The notes under the pieces are model-generated. The model made no database searches, was not told where the DNA came from, and was given only the letters and a program-made list of their open reading frames with translations. This document shows, piece after piece, positions 33,801 to 46,641 of a DNA stretch of 57,795 nt. Origin of the DNA: Guillardia theta CCMP2712. Taxonomy: Eukaryota > Protista > Cryptophyta. Made by a program: the position numbers and the translations under genes. Position 1 is the stretch's first letter. Every line of letters starts with the position of its first letter. The DNA lies in NCBI RefSeq assembly GCF_000315625.1, contig NW_005434468.1, forward strand, positions 1-57,795, in the 5' to 3' direction.

Positions 33801-36800
33801 CCAAAATGTCATTCTGGTAGCTCGCAAAGGCCCATCTTGATTTATTGGAGATAGCTTGGAGATTAGAAGCGATCATCTGCTCGAACAATTTATCTCAAGT
33901 TGAAAGAGTTGGGAAAAACGAGAAAAGGAGTTGTTTCTTTAAAAAGGCAATTCAGAAACACATCATCCATGTCATACTTGTTCTTCAAACTTGTCCTGAA
34001 ATGAAACAGTGTCAGTTGTTAGAAAGAAGTCTTCGGATATTGCAATTTTCTGACTTTCTCTTTTTGAAGCTTCGCGTTCAGGTCCAGCACTTGTTGTATT
34101 CTTGTCTTATATTCCACCTGCAGTTGTGCATAAATGAAACGCAAGGAGTTCAATTTCAGACAGCACTACTTCTTTCACGGCCTTCTCCTCTAGTTTCTTG
34201 AACATCTCCGAAGACGCAACAATCTCTTTGTCTCTTTGTTCTTGCAACTGCAAGACTTTCATGTTGTGACTTTTCAAACGCATATCACCGTCTTGGACGA
34301 CTTGGAGAGTTCAGTTTGTTCTTGTTGAGCTGATGAAAGCTTTCCCTTGAGGCATGTTTGATATCGTGATACGATAGCAAGCAACAATTACCTGCATTTC
34401 GCTGATTCTGAGCTGAAATTGATGACCGACCTGCGACATTTGTACGGTAGAGTCAAAACCCCTTTGACGCGTCGGCCTCATTGACCCACCTGCTCTGTGT
34501 GTTTTCGCAAGTTTTCTTCTCGATGAAGAGCTGAGTTGAGACTCTCAGTAAGAGATTCTACTTCTGACTGAAGATTTCTGCATAGATGGTCAGGCAGGCG
34601 TCTTGTCGCTCTTCTCGACCTGTTGTTGAGTTTGAGGTCATGCAACTCCTCCGACTGCCGGTTGATGATTGACTCTTTCTGCGCTAACGCCGTCTCGAGC
34701 CCTGGCCGGTCAAGCTCATGAGAAGAATGACGGCGAAGGCCAAGACAAAGATGACAGGTGAGGGTCTAGAAGAACAAGAACAACAGAGCTCAAGCTGGCA
34801 ACATAAAGACATCTCAAATAAAAGCATCTCCCACAAAGATCTCTCATAAGACATCTCTAATAAAGACATCTCTGATACAGAGGTCTCTCATAGAGACTTC
34901 ACTGACCGAGGTTCCTGTCGTGATCCGTTTTCTTGAAACCTCTCAGTTCATTCTTTGCCTGCATACCGGGTACATGGCTCAAATGACGTAACGCAGGGAA
35001 GAAAAAGACATGCAAGGCAAAAGAGATTGAGAAGAGTCGAAAAAAGATCCAAAGAGAGCGAAGACAAAACGGAAGGGGGAGGGGGGAAAAAGGAAGGAGG
35101 GAGAGGAGGAGAAAAATACTCTCAGAGGCTGAACGAGGGGGAATAAAAGTAATAGAGCAGAGGATGGAGTCAAACGAGACTGAACGGGTCAAGTGACGGA
35201 GAAGATCAAGAAGCAGTGGAACACCTGTAGGAGATCGTTCTCCATGTTCGTCCAATCTTTCTGCAATTATGACTATTCGCCTCGCTTGTTCCTCTACCTT
35301 CCATTTCTCCAGCTCTCGAGTAAGAGTGATGACTTTCTCTTCTGAGCTTCTCAGCTGATGATAAGATCAGATCAAATCTTGACTTCCATCATTCTCTCCA
35401 CCTGTCCCTCGAGAATGTCGTTGTTTTCTTTCGCAAGTTGCAGCTGTTCCTTTCTAGCACAGAGGTCAGAACGAAACCCCTCACTCACTGATTCTACATG
35501 TGCTCGCTCTCCTTGTGAAGCGTTTCCATGTCTTTCCCGTACGTTTCCTGGAAGATCTCAAAATGAACGAAACAGAACAAGAAATGTTTGAGATTAGGAT
35601 GACGAAGTTGACGATGAGAAGGTTAATGATTGAGATGATGATGATGAGAAGGTTGTTGTCGTTGATGATGATGATCAAAAGACGACGACGACGACGGTGT
35701 TGATGGTATTGTTGATGATGACGATGATGAAAGTACTGATGAAGACGACAAAGAGCCTCGTTGGCACTAGCTGTAGCTTTACCTTCTGCTTGGTTGCTGT
35801 TGATCTCAATTCGATCTCAAAGGCGCGCGCCTCCTACAGTCACCGTCAAGCTTCTGCAAGCGACACAAGAGGGAGCATGAGACGTGAGACGAGGATCTAC
35901 CAGCTCACCTGAGCCTCTCTTCGAGCATTCTCTGCTTCTTTCTGCAGGAGTAGCAGCTGTTGCCCAAACTTCACTACCCATCTCGCCCCCGCCCTCTCAC
36001 TCCCCTCCTCCTCCTCCTCCTCCTCCTCCTCCTCCTCTGCCCCTGCTTCTTTGCTTCTCTTGCTCATTAGCGCACCTGCTCCTCTGCAATACTTCTCAAT
36101 CGCCGAGCTTCAAAAAGCTCCTGTCAAAGATGCTATCAGAGAACATGCGATCAATACGAAGAGACTGAAGAAGGGGAGGGAAAGACGTCAACGCTGTACC
36201 TCGTTCTCTTTCTCTATCTTTTCTTCTAAGCTCGCAGCTGTTTGCGCGCCCTTCTTGAGCGCCTCGGCCTGATCGCACCATCACAAACAAACAGAACATG
36301 TCACGACAGAAGAAGTGGACGAAAGATGTGATGATGCGGGACCTGAGCCCCCAGCCTCTTTCTCAGGTCCTCGCAGGTCTGGTGCCGATGAGTCAACTCG
36401 TCGTTCAACGACTTGATGCGCGCTGACTGCTCGTGATCCGTCAAATGACAAGCAAGAAAAGAGCCAAACATGCTCGAGCAGAGAATAGAAGAAGGAAGGA
36501 CAAACGAGGCTGGTGTGGCAGAGAAGAAGTGTTGGAAAGAAGAAACAAGGCATGCCAAGGATGCTCTACATGGGGAAATACAAGGGGAGACGAGGTCTGA
36601 GGATAAGGATATTGCCTGTTCATCAAGAAGTTTCAATCTTTCTTCACTGATCTTGAATAGTCCGGCGACCTGAAGATGTTGAGCGAAGGTGAGAAGAAAG
36701 ATAGAAAGCAGATAATTTAGCGATCAACAAGAAATCGCAAGATTCAAATACTTGAATGAAGGTAAAAGAGTGCGAGAGAATGTAGGAGAGGAACGGCAGG

Positions 36801-38560
36801 TTTTAGGACAAGACAAGACAAGACAAGACAAGACAGGGATAAAGTTGAGAACAAGTCACTTGATCTTCCAGCAGTTGAATCTTCTCCTCGTGCTCTGCCT
36901 TGAGCACCGCGATTGAGCGATCCAAGTCCGAAGACTGAGAGAAGAAAGATGAGATGACGGATGTCACAAGTCAAGAGGAGCGCAAGTGGATGGAAGGAAC
37001 AAGATACATAACGTAAGACGGAAGAAGCAAGAGATGCAAGGGATGAAACATGGTCGACAGGGTTAGCAGAACGAAGAAGGGTTGACAACATTAGCGAGCA
37101 GAAAGTTTGTTTTCAAGGTTAGTAGGGGGGAACAAGATTTTCACTCACGGCAAATTTGTACTGGGGAGCAGAGGAGGAGGAGAGAAGACGCATCTCAAGT
37201 CCTTGAATCCGAATGTCTTTGGTTTTCACCTTCCGCATCAGTCAAGGTCACAGAACAATAAGACTAGGGCTGGTCACTTCCGACAGCAGCTGCTGAATCC
37301 TTCGGTGCAGTTGTAACTGTCGCTAACGCTCACAAGAAGAAGAGAACCAAGACATACAGACTTGAGCTTCGCTCCCCTCCAGACCCTCTGCGTCGTTTTT
37401 GGCTTGCAGGTTCAACTGATCAACGAGATTCACGCAGAACCATGGTAGACATGTAGCAACAAAGAAATCATATAGCTGTCTGACCTTTGACTCGAAATTT
37501 CCTTTTCGTTCATTCGTTTCATAGCAGCAATCTTCACAACAGCTCGTCAGGGACAGACATTGATCAAGGCCATTGATCAAATCCTCACCTGCAAATCTTT
37601 ATCTGCAAGCTCCTGCATTCATCCATCGGAGGAGGACAAGAACAGGGAGTGTCATAGAGCTACAACGCCAGCAATGATTGCAATCATGCAAGATGAGTTA
37701 CCGATCTTGTCTCTTCTAATGTCTTCTTTGATGTCTTAAGGAGGGCTTCCAACTCAGAGATTCTCTCCTCGTGCTGTAAACGTCCAAAGTCATCAACTTG
37801 ACTTGATTGACACGTATGTCGCATGATATTTTGCAAGTTCAACACAAGCACTACAAGAGATCGGATCTGTTCAAGATGTGCATGCTATGCTCCCACCTTC
37901 CATAACGCGTCTTGAACATCGGAGAGCTCTTTCTCAGTGCTCAACAGCTTCTCCTGTGCCTGCGAGTGTCTGCTGGTCGCTTCCTCAAGCATTTTCAGCG
38001 CCTCATGGGCAGAAACTTTTCGTTCTGCCCACCATTGAGAAGCTGATTCATCTGTCGCCTGCTTCTTGTCTATGCCTGCCCCTCCCTCCCCTCCTCTTGC
38101 TCTCAGAGCATTCTTGAGCACTTCATTCTGCTTGTCCAGCAGCATTCGCTCATTCGCCCACAGCGACACCATCTTCTCTGCCAGCTGACCTGCGAGGGCG
38201 GCAAGACTCACAATCAACAACGATTCTAGCATGCAGGGTGACCTGTCCTCTCATGGTCGGCAGGTCGCAGAGAAGGGTCATCTATCATGCTGCATGCTTT
38301 CGACAAGGAGGTTCGCAGCGTGAAGATCAAGCTCTCCAAGTCAGCCGCGTCTTCGCCATGTTTCGCTACTTCAGCTTTCAAGGCATCTCGTGAGAGCGCA
38401 AGTCTCCTCTCGAGGGAAGCAATCTTCTCTTCTACCGTCATGCTCCCTTGTTAGACCAACATCGTCCTGCTCCAAAATCACATCAGAATACTGTAACACT
38501 CCATCTCCTTCCCTCTCCCTCTCCATCCCCGCTACAGCCACTCTCATCTCATACAGCTCT
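30823..38560 (-). CDS. Intron-rich gene (or genes) for a long coiled-coil protein; exon boundaries not fully resolved
   Basis: Many short E/K/L/Q-rich minus-strand ORF segments (e.g. HSQAQEKLLSTEKELSDVQDALWK, IKSLNDELTHRHQTCEDLRKRL) separated by GT-AG introns with CTGAC. Confidence 0.55.
32283..32378. repeat. 16-bp tandem repeat x6, probably intronic
   Basis: caagtgtcagtcccgt units. Confidence 0.85.
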
Positions 38561-38920
38561 CCTTCTTCCCTCCCTTTCCCCGTCCCTCCTGCTCCTCCTC
38601 CCCTCCCTTCTCCCGTCCCTCCTGCTCTTCCTCCCCTCCCTTCTCCCGTCCCTCCTGCTCCTCCTCCCCTCCCCCGTCCCTCCTGCTCTTCCTCCCCTCC
38701 CTTCCCCCGTCCCTCCTGCTCCTCCTCCCCTCCCCGGTCCCTCCTGCTCTTCCTCCCCTCCCTTTCCCCGTCCCTCCTGCTCCTCCTCCCCTCCCTTCCC
38801 CCGTCCCTCCTGCTCTTCTTCCCCTCTCCCGTCCCTCCTGCTCCTCCTCCCTTCCCCGGTCCCTCCTCGCCTCCCTCCTCCCCTCCCTTCCCCCGTCCCT
38901 CCTGCTCTTCCTCTCCTTTC
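38560..38920. repeat. C/T-rich degenerate minisatellite
   Basis: ccgtccctcctgctc(t/c)tcctcccctccc units. Confidence 0.85.
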
Positions 38921-39061
38921 AAAAACCGTATTCGCATCAATCACGATGACTCTGCCTACCACCCCCTACCCCACTCATCCCCTGATATTTCACCCCCTCA
39001 TTCTCCCATCTTGCGAGAGGGAGAGGTCAAATTATTGCACAAGAACACCGTACTAGCAACA

Positions 39062-39750
39062 ACTTCCTCCTCTGCTAGTACTCACATCAGCAGCTTCCTC
39101 CTCTACTAGTACTCACATCAGCAGCTTCCTCCTCTGCTAGTACTCACATCAGCAGCTTCCTCCTCTGCTAGTACTCACATCAGCAGCTTCCTCCTCTGCT
39201 AGTACTCACATNNNNNNNNNNNNNNNNNNNNNNNNNNNNNNNNNNNNNNNNNNNNNNNNNNNNNNNNNNNNNNNNNNNNNNNNNNNNNNNNNNNNNNNNN
39301 NNNNNNNNNNNCAGCTTCCTCCTCTACTAGTACTCACATCAGCAGCTTCCTCCTCTAGTAGTACTCACATCAGCAGCTTCCTCCTCTACTAGTACTCACA
39401 TCAGCAGCTTCCTCCTCTGCTAGTACTCACATCAGCAGCTTCCTCCTCTGCTAGTACTCACATCAGCAGCTTCCTCCTCTGCTAGTACTCACATCAGCAG
39501 CTTCCTCCTCTAGTAGTACTCACATCAGCAGCTTCCTCCTCTGCTAGTACTCACATCAGCAGCTTCCTCCTCTACTAGTACTCACATCAGCAGCTTCCTC
39601 CTCTGCTAGTACTCACATCAGCAGCTTCCTCCTCTACTAGTACTCACATCAGCAGCTTCCTCCTCTGCTAGTACTCACATCAGCAGCTTCCTCCTCTGCT
39701 AGTACTCACACTAGCAGCTTCCTCCTCTGCTAGTACTCACATCAGCACTT
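39062..39750. repeat. 31-bp minisatellite containing a 100-N assembly gap (39212-39311)
   Basis: cagcagcttcctcctctgctagtactcacat units on both sides of the gap. Confidence 0.95.
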
Positions 39751-39781
39751 TTACTTTACATTAGCAGCTCCTAGTCTACAA

Positions 39782-42700
39782 TCACCTCGGTGCCCTGTCG
39801 TTGCGATCAGATGGTCGCATCCATGAGCTAGTCCTCGGCTTGTCTCCCAACATTCTCGACCTCCTCGCTCCTCCTGGTGAGTCCCATGGCGCTCTCCGTT
39901 CCTTTTCCTGGAAAGGAGATGCAGCATACACGCCTCTCCTGTTCTCTAGAGGAGATGAAGCATACACGTCTCGCCTGTTCTCTAGAGGAGATGAAGCATA
40001 CACGTCTCGCCTGTTCTCTAGAGGAGATGAAGCATACACGCCTCGCCTGTTCTCTGGAGGAGATGAAGCATACACGCCTCTCCTGTTCTCTGGAGGAGAT
40101 GAAGCATACACGTCTCGCCTGTTCTCTAGAGGAGATGAAGCATACCCGTCTCGCCTGTTCTCTAGAGGAGATGAAGCATACCCGTCTCGCCTGTTCTCTA
40201 GAGGAGATGCAGCATACACGCCTCTCCTGTTCTCTAGAGGAGATGAAGCATACACGCCTCTCCTGTTCTCTAGAGGAGATGAAGCATACACGCCTCTCCT
40301 GTTCTCTAGAGGAGATGAAGCATACACGTCTCGCCTGTTCTCTAGAGGAGATGAAGCATACACGTCTCGCCTGTTCTCTAGAGGAGATGAAGCATACACG
40401 TCTCGCCTGTTCTCTAGAGGAGATGAAGCATACACGCCTCGCCTGTTCTCTAGAGGAGATGAAGCATACACGTCTCTCCTATCCCGTTGGATGGCTTCAC
40501 TCTCACGGTTTCGTGGATCGCGCGATGAAGCTCTGCTCCTGTCTCTGAGAGTACTCTCAACGATCCTGCTCATGTCCTCGTACCGCAAAGACTCGGGCGC
40601 TGCGGTGAACCTCCTCTGCTCTCTCGCAGCATCTTCAAACATCTTCTGTTCCACACGCGGAGGCTTTTGAGACTTTTCCCTCCGTTGAGGAGAAGGGTAA
40701 GCAAACTCTGAGGCGGTGTAGTCAGGCGCTTCCCTAGGACGAGGATCGGGTAGTTTTCTCAGCCTCCACATGTCCGGCGGGTCTCGCTGAAACTTTCTGT
40801 GGGTCGTCGGCGACATCTGCTCTGCCATCCTCATGCTCTTGAAAGGAGACAGTACAGTTTGACCCTCCTCTCCTCCCCTCTCGTTGAAAGCCCTGCGCTG
40901 CTGCTGCTCTCCCTGTACTTGCTGGGACTGTTCAAGCGACAACCTCTGCGGCCTCGGCAAGTCAAGGCTGGTTCCCGAGTCCGCGTTGGGATGAATTTGC
41001 TGCCTACGAAGAGAACGTGAAGGAGCGGGTTGCATTCCAGGAGAGTCTTGCGGCATCAGCATCCCTCTTTGCGACTTCATCCTCGCCTCTCGCTTCCTTG
41101 ACCTGCGTCGCTTCTCTCCAGTCTTACTTGCCTGTGAGTCTTTCTGCCTTGCAGTCCTCGCTTCAACCGGTGAGAGGGAGTTAGTCTCAGCCACCAGCCT
41201 GTTCGTCCAAGGGACAAAGCCGTTGCCGTCCTGCCCTTCCCCTCCATCTCTTTCTCTTTGATTCGCCTCCCCTGTCTCCTCTACGCGCCCCGAGGGCAAC
41301 AGCCGCGCGATTCTCTTCGACTCTAACGCTCTTCTTGGTACTCCGTCTTGAAGGAGGAGAGGAAAGAGCTTTTGTCGCGCCTCCTCCGAGGAGTTGAGAG
41401 AGAGGAACATGGCATGGTAGACGTCCTTGTCAGCTGCTCTGAGGGCTCGAGCTTGCTGCAACATGTCCCAAATCTTCTCTTCCATCACTTCCTGTGGAAA
41501 TATTCTCGACCTGCTCACGGCCAGGATTGTCTCCCCAAAGAGTCCGCTCGAGCGGAGAGGACGAGGCACATGGTTGAACAAGATCTCGGCGCATCTCCAG
41601 TAAGTTCGTCGATCGATCGATCCTCTCCGAATCATCTTCAGCATCATCCTCGCGACGTTACTTCCCAGCAACCCGTTGGGGGTGGAGGAGGAGGAAGGCG
41701 TCTCGTCCTCTGCTTGACCCCTCCCGTCTTCTTCCGTGTCACCGTCGCCTTCCAAGGACAAGGTCAGGTTGGTTGCGAACGTTGACTCCATCACGAGCTT
41801 CGCCACTTGCTGCTGTAGAGCGTTGGGGCGGGAGCCGGGGGAGGAGCTGGAGGAGGAGCCGGAGATGTCGCTGAGGCGATGTACGATGATTTCAAGTGCA
41901 GGGATGTTGAGAAGAATCCTGAAGTCTCTGATAAAGTTGATCACCAGCCTGAGGTCTTCCAGCCCGGGTCGACAAGTCTCAACGTACAAGAAGATCACCC
42001 GGTTGAACACCTCGTCGTCCACCTCTAGCACAGAGTCGAAAGCTCTTCCCGAGAGAATCTCATGCCAGTCGGGAGGAGGCCGAGCGCTGGTTTGCCGGTG
42101 TCGCCGAAGGAGCAGGAGGCAGGATTCCATCAGTCTGAGAGACTGTCGCATGTTCAACAACATCATCGTCTTGACTATCCAAGAAGAGGTTCGGTATACT
42201 ATCTCCTCCTCGACGTTGTCAAACTTCGATGCGAACTGGAGGCATGACTCGATGAAGCTGAGGTCGACTCTGAGCTTTGCTGCTTTCTTGCGAATTTTCT
42301 CAAGTGCACTGGGAGACTCCTGTGAGCAATTGGCGTGTTGTTCAAGCTTGCTGAACAAGCCCTGAAAGCTTGAATTACTCTTTGAAAGACAATCATCAGC
42401 AGTAGAATTTGCATCACACAGTGATGATGTAGTCTCGTTGCGATCGCACCCAAACAAGGAGTACAAAACTTTCTCGACAAACTTCATACCAACCAAGTAA
42501 CTCTCATTGCTTCCCCTTAAGGGTTCCTCTTGCAGTATTTCAAGAACGCTGCGTACATGATTTCCATCCAACGAATGATTGAAAGACGCGACAAAGCCGT
42601 TGATCTTGTACAGCACCATCCCCGTCTGCCAACACAGAGGATGCTGAGCTTGAGAGTCCTCACTGCTTGTCTCGGAGAAGGCAAGGCTTGACCGCATGAC

Positions 42701-45458
42701 ACGTACGTGTACAAGATTGATAAGAGTATCGAAACCAAGATTGAACATCGTCTTTCTCTCCTCCACCATCTTCATCACTCTTCCCCGCTGCAAGAACTGC
42801 AAGTGGAAATGAGGATGCAGGCAAAGATGATGATAGATTCACCTTGAGACCAACCTCGACCCAAAAGAAGGCATCTGTAAGCAAACTATCACTAAAAGAA
42901 GAGGCAAGATGGGGAGATAGATAGGAATTGTAGACAGGTATGATAGATGGGTATGATAGATAGGCACTATTTCACAACATACCTTTCTGCAAAGCCTCTT
43001 CTTTGTTAATCGGTTGTTGGTCACAGCTGGATTGACAAGTCACAATGGACTTTAAGACAGACGAGATCACCTCTTCATTCCCGACTGCGTGAGACAACGC
43101 AACATCTCAGCCACGAGCGATGAGCTTGCCTGCAACCCGCACGAATCACGTGAAGTCTTCGTCATGTTGCCGTTACGTTGGCGGTTGACATGTCAAAGTA
43201 CGACAAAGCAACATCCCACGGCGCTTCTTCGCAAAGAGCGACTACGAGGACAGTCAGAAGTGAGAGGACGAACAAGAGACGAACCAAGTCTGATGAGACT
43301 CCTGAGCAATGAGGCCTGCAACTTGACGTCTTCAACCTCCTTCGCTTGATCCCACAAGTCACTGACGACATGACTATCCTTGTGGATTATGTCGAGAGAG
43401 AAATCCTGTTGGATACTGGTGGCTAGGTCGATGATCTGATCGAACGTCACCCTAACTAAGCTCCTTCAAGTCGAACTTGTCAAACCTTGCTAAATATCTT
43501 GAGACTTCTCACGTCCTCTGGGTCCTTGAATGACTTCACTCGCTTCCAGATGGTCAAACTTTCGTTCCAGCAACTCTCAGATTCTTGCTTGGCAAGTTGT
43601 AGGCGAGCATCCGTCGAGTTGATGATAACTTGCTGTCGCTTCATGTATCTAATTATCACCAACAACCTTTGCAACGTACGGAGGCAAGATTGCAAGCATA
43701 CGAGATGATCTTCTGAATCGAGAATCTCGAATCCTCTTGTTTGAAATCCCATTAGTCCAATTGAGTCGAGGAACCCTAGCGGCCTGATTCCTCTGAGCTT
43801 GCAGACTCGCAGAAACATGCGGCAGGTTCTCGAGTTCAAAAGTTTCCCGTCACCTTGCAAACGTTTGCCAAAGACCTGACCTATGGCCTCGAGCAGCGCA
43901 TCTCCTCCAAGCACAGACTGCGAATCAATATTCGAGCAAACAACATTCGAGCAGCAGACTTTGCACAAACGCTCGAGGCGGCGCAGCAATGCAGATGAAT
44001 CAGGAGGAGAAGAAATGACTTGGTTTGCGCGAGGGATTGAGAGCCACTTCTCGCACAAGGGAGGCACAATACTCGCAAGCTCCTCTGACGTCTTCTTGGA
44101 CACACCGCAAGTCCTAGCTTCCCTCATGACTATCTCAGTGAACAGTAGCAGCTGCACAACAAGATTCAGAGGAGCGCTGGGAGGGGAGGCAGGTCACAAT
44201 ACCGTCTGTTCAATGAGCTTCTCCCCTCCTTCTTGCAAGATGGTTCTGCAAGCACAAGGGTGAGCAGATGTGAAACATCCGTTTGATCTCACCTAGCAAT
44301 GCAGCAGGACAAGGGCAGCAAGGCGGGCAAGGAGTTCGAAGATCGCGCCATGCTGCGCAACAGATTGACCAGAACTTTCCTTCTCACCTCCACCACAAGG
44401 TCAACGTTGACTGTCGACATTGTGCTGCGATCTTTGTCACATGAGATAAGCTCTGTCTCATTGAAATCGGCAGGTTGCAGGAGGACATGATTGCTGGATG
44501 AGTTCACAAGATCCTTCGACAAGCCGATGGACATGTGCACCATGATGGACAACATGTCATCAGATGCCTTCTCAGCTTCCTGGCTCCTTGATGTACACAA
44601 GTCAGAGAAGATTCAGAAGCTCAAGTCATCACCATCTCTGAGCCGAGAGCAGAAGATAGCAAGAACAGACGTCGTTGAAGTCCAAGAGTTCACGTCTTGC
44701 AAATCTTTCTGAAAGTTGATTCGCGAATGCAAGAATGACCTGCGGAAAGTCAGGCTCTGTGCATGCGTCCTGAACTTGTTGCATACTCCAGCTCGAGGAA
44801 CTTTATGTTGCAGTGCAAACCGTCGCAATAGCATTTCATCCTATGAAACCGTTATCTATTGAGCAACTGTTGCAAACTTTCACCTTCTCAAGGCTGAAAT
44901 TCGACGGAAGAGACAAGGAGAGGACAGAGCCATCAGATTGATTGATCGCCTCACCACTCGACTGCGAGCAAACGTGAGGCGGGCACAGCGCAATCAATGT
45001 CTCCACCGCGTTGACAAGACAAGGCTCCTGCTCCTCCTCGGCGAGATCCGATGACCTAACAGCAGCTGGTTGGCTCCCTCCCCCTCAGCTGGTTGGCTCC
45101 CTCCCCCCTCAGCTGGTTGGCTCCCTCCCCCCTCAGCGTCCATCCTCGTGTGATGCAGAGAAGCGTTGCCGCGTGCCTCGGCGTCTTTCACTTCCATCGT
45201 TCCAGTCAAGAGTGTTGAAAACTTTGACGCGTTGAGACGAGGAGAGTCTGATGCCTCCACCCTCTCAGCAGCACATTCAGCCCCTTCCCCTCCACGCAAG
45301 ACCGTCAAAGTGACGTGAAAGGGAAGGCCTATAGTAGTCCTGCGTCTCCCTGCTGGGATGCCAGCAGGATCTGAGCTGTCTGCCTTGTTCATGCTACAGA
45401 CAGCAGTTGACATCACCAAGACGATAAGGAGAGCTTTCGGCTTCATCTTTCGCGACAT
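39782..45458 (-). CDS. Large multi-exon protein with predicted signal peptide, helical core and C-terminal 12-aa repeats; function unknown
   Basis: MSRKMKPKALLIVLVMSTAVCS leader. Exonic ORFs 44994-45458, 44289-44600, 43480-44157, 43193-43450 and a ~3-kb last exon 39782-42800. Joining these into one gene is inferred. Confidence 0.55.
39915..40480 (-). repeat. 36-bp coding tandem repeat (RR[D/G]VYASSPLEN)x~15
   Basis: Visible in both the DNA and the translation. Confidence 0.95.
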
Positions 45459-45989
45459 GGCCCTTGGCGACTTGAAGTTTCTTCCTCAGACGCTGGCAGT
45501 AGAAAAGAGACTCGGAGCCGTACGAGCGCTAGGGCATGCCGGAGATACAGAGACGATCATTACCTACTCGGCTCACTGCTGACGGTTTCTGTTCATCCCC
45601 AACTTCCCTTCAACGTACGCAGGCTGCCCAAGGTCCCAACAAATCCTCTGCCTCGTCCTCGTCCTGGTTCTACTTCGAACCGCTGCATCTCCCACACGTC
45701 TTGAAGCTCTTCCAACCTTGTGGGTTGATAACAATCTGCGTTTGATGTCTTCCTGCCACTCGTCCAATCGGATGCCCTTGACTTCCTGATGTCTCGTCGA
45801 CTCTCTTGCTATTCCCGAGGGATTTTCCCATCTACTTCACCAAGTTCAAAATTCATCACCATTCCTTCGTTCTCCTGTAATGGGCGATACTCAGCGTAAC
45901 GTTTCCGTTCTTTTCCAGTTATATCCCAGAACTTCACCTGCTAAGTTCTTGTACTGCCTTATTCTCAAATTTGTATTCCTAACATTCAA

Positions 45990-46270
45990 ACCTCCCTCGG
46001 CTCCTCTCCTCTCCTCTCCTCTACTCCTCTCCTTCTCTCCTCTCCTCTCCTCCTTCTCATCTCCTCTCCTCTCCTCTCCTCCTCTCCTCTACTACTCCTC
46101 TCCTCTACTCCTCTCCTTCTCTCCTCTCCTCTCCTCCTTCTCATCTCCTCTCCTCTCCTCTCCTCCTCTCCTCTACTACTCCTCTCCTCTACTCCTCTCC
46201 TTCTCTCCTCTCCTCTCCTCCTTCTCATCTCCTCTCCTCTCCTCTCCTCCTTCTCCTCTCCTCTCCTCCT
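45990..46270. repeat. CT-rich low-complexity repeat
   Basis: ctcctctcct tracts with a repeated higher-order unit. Confidence 0.85.
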
Positions 46271-46641
46271 CTCATCGTTTCTTCCTCTCCCATTTTTGCG
46301 CCCGATGCCTATCACATACCCAGCCATCGTGCTAGCTGAGGCGCACTCACTCAGCCGCCGCCGGCGGCCCGGCGGCGCAGCCGGGGCCCGCCCTTGAAGT
46401 TCCAAGTCAACGCTGACCCCTTGAGGCTCCTCAGTGAAGATGTTCAGGGGTACTGACGTTCACAGCACTGAGGATGAGCACAATGCGACAAAGCAGCTTA
46501 TTGCTGGGATTGTCTTTCATTTACTTTACACGAGCAGACGTCGAGCCTCACTGAGCTTCCTCCTCCTCCTCCCCTGTCCTCATTCCTGCTCCTGCTTCAA
46601 CTCACTCCTTCCCCTCCTCTTCCTCTCCTAGTCGCAGCCCC

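Noticed and set aside
38371-39109. Pro-rich and Gly/Glu-rich ORFs
   Set aside because: Stop-free translations of a low-complexity minisatellite.
39801-40670. Plus-strand repeat ORFs (289 and 223 aa)
   Set aside because: Alternate frames of the 36-bp repeat belonging to the minus-strand gene.
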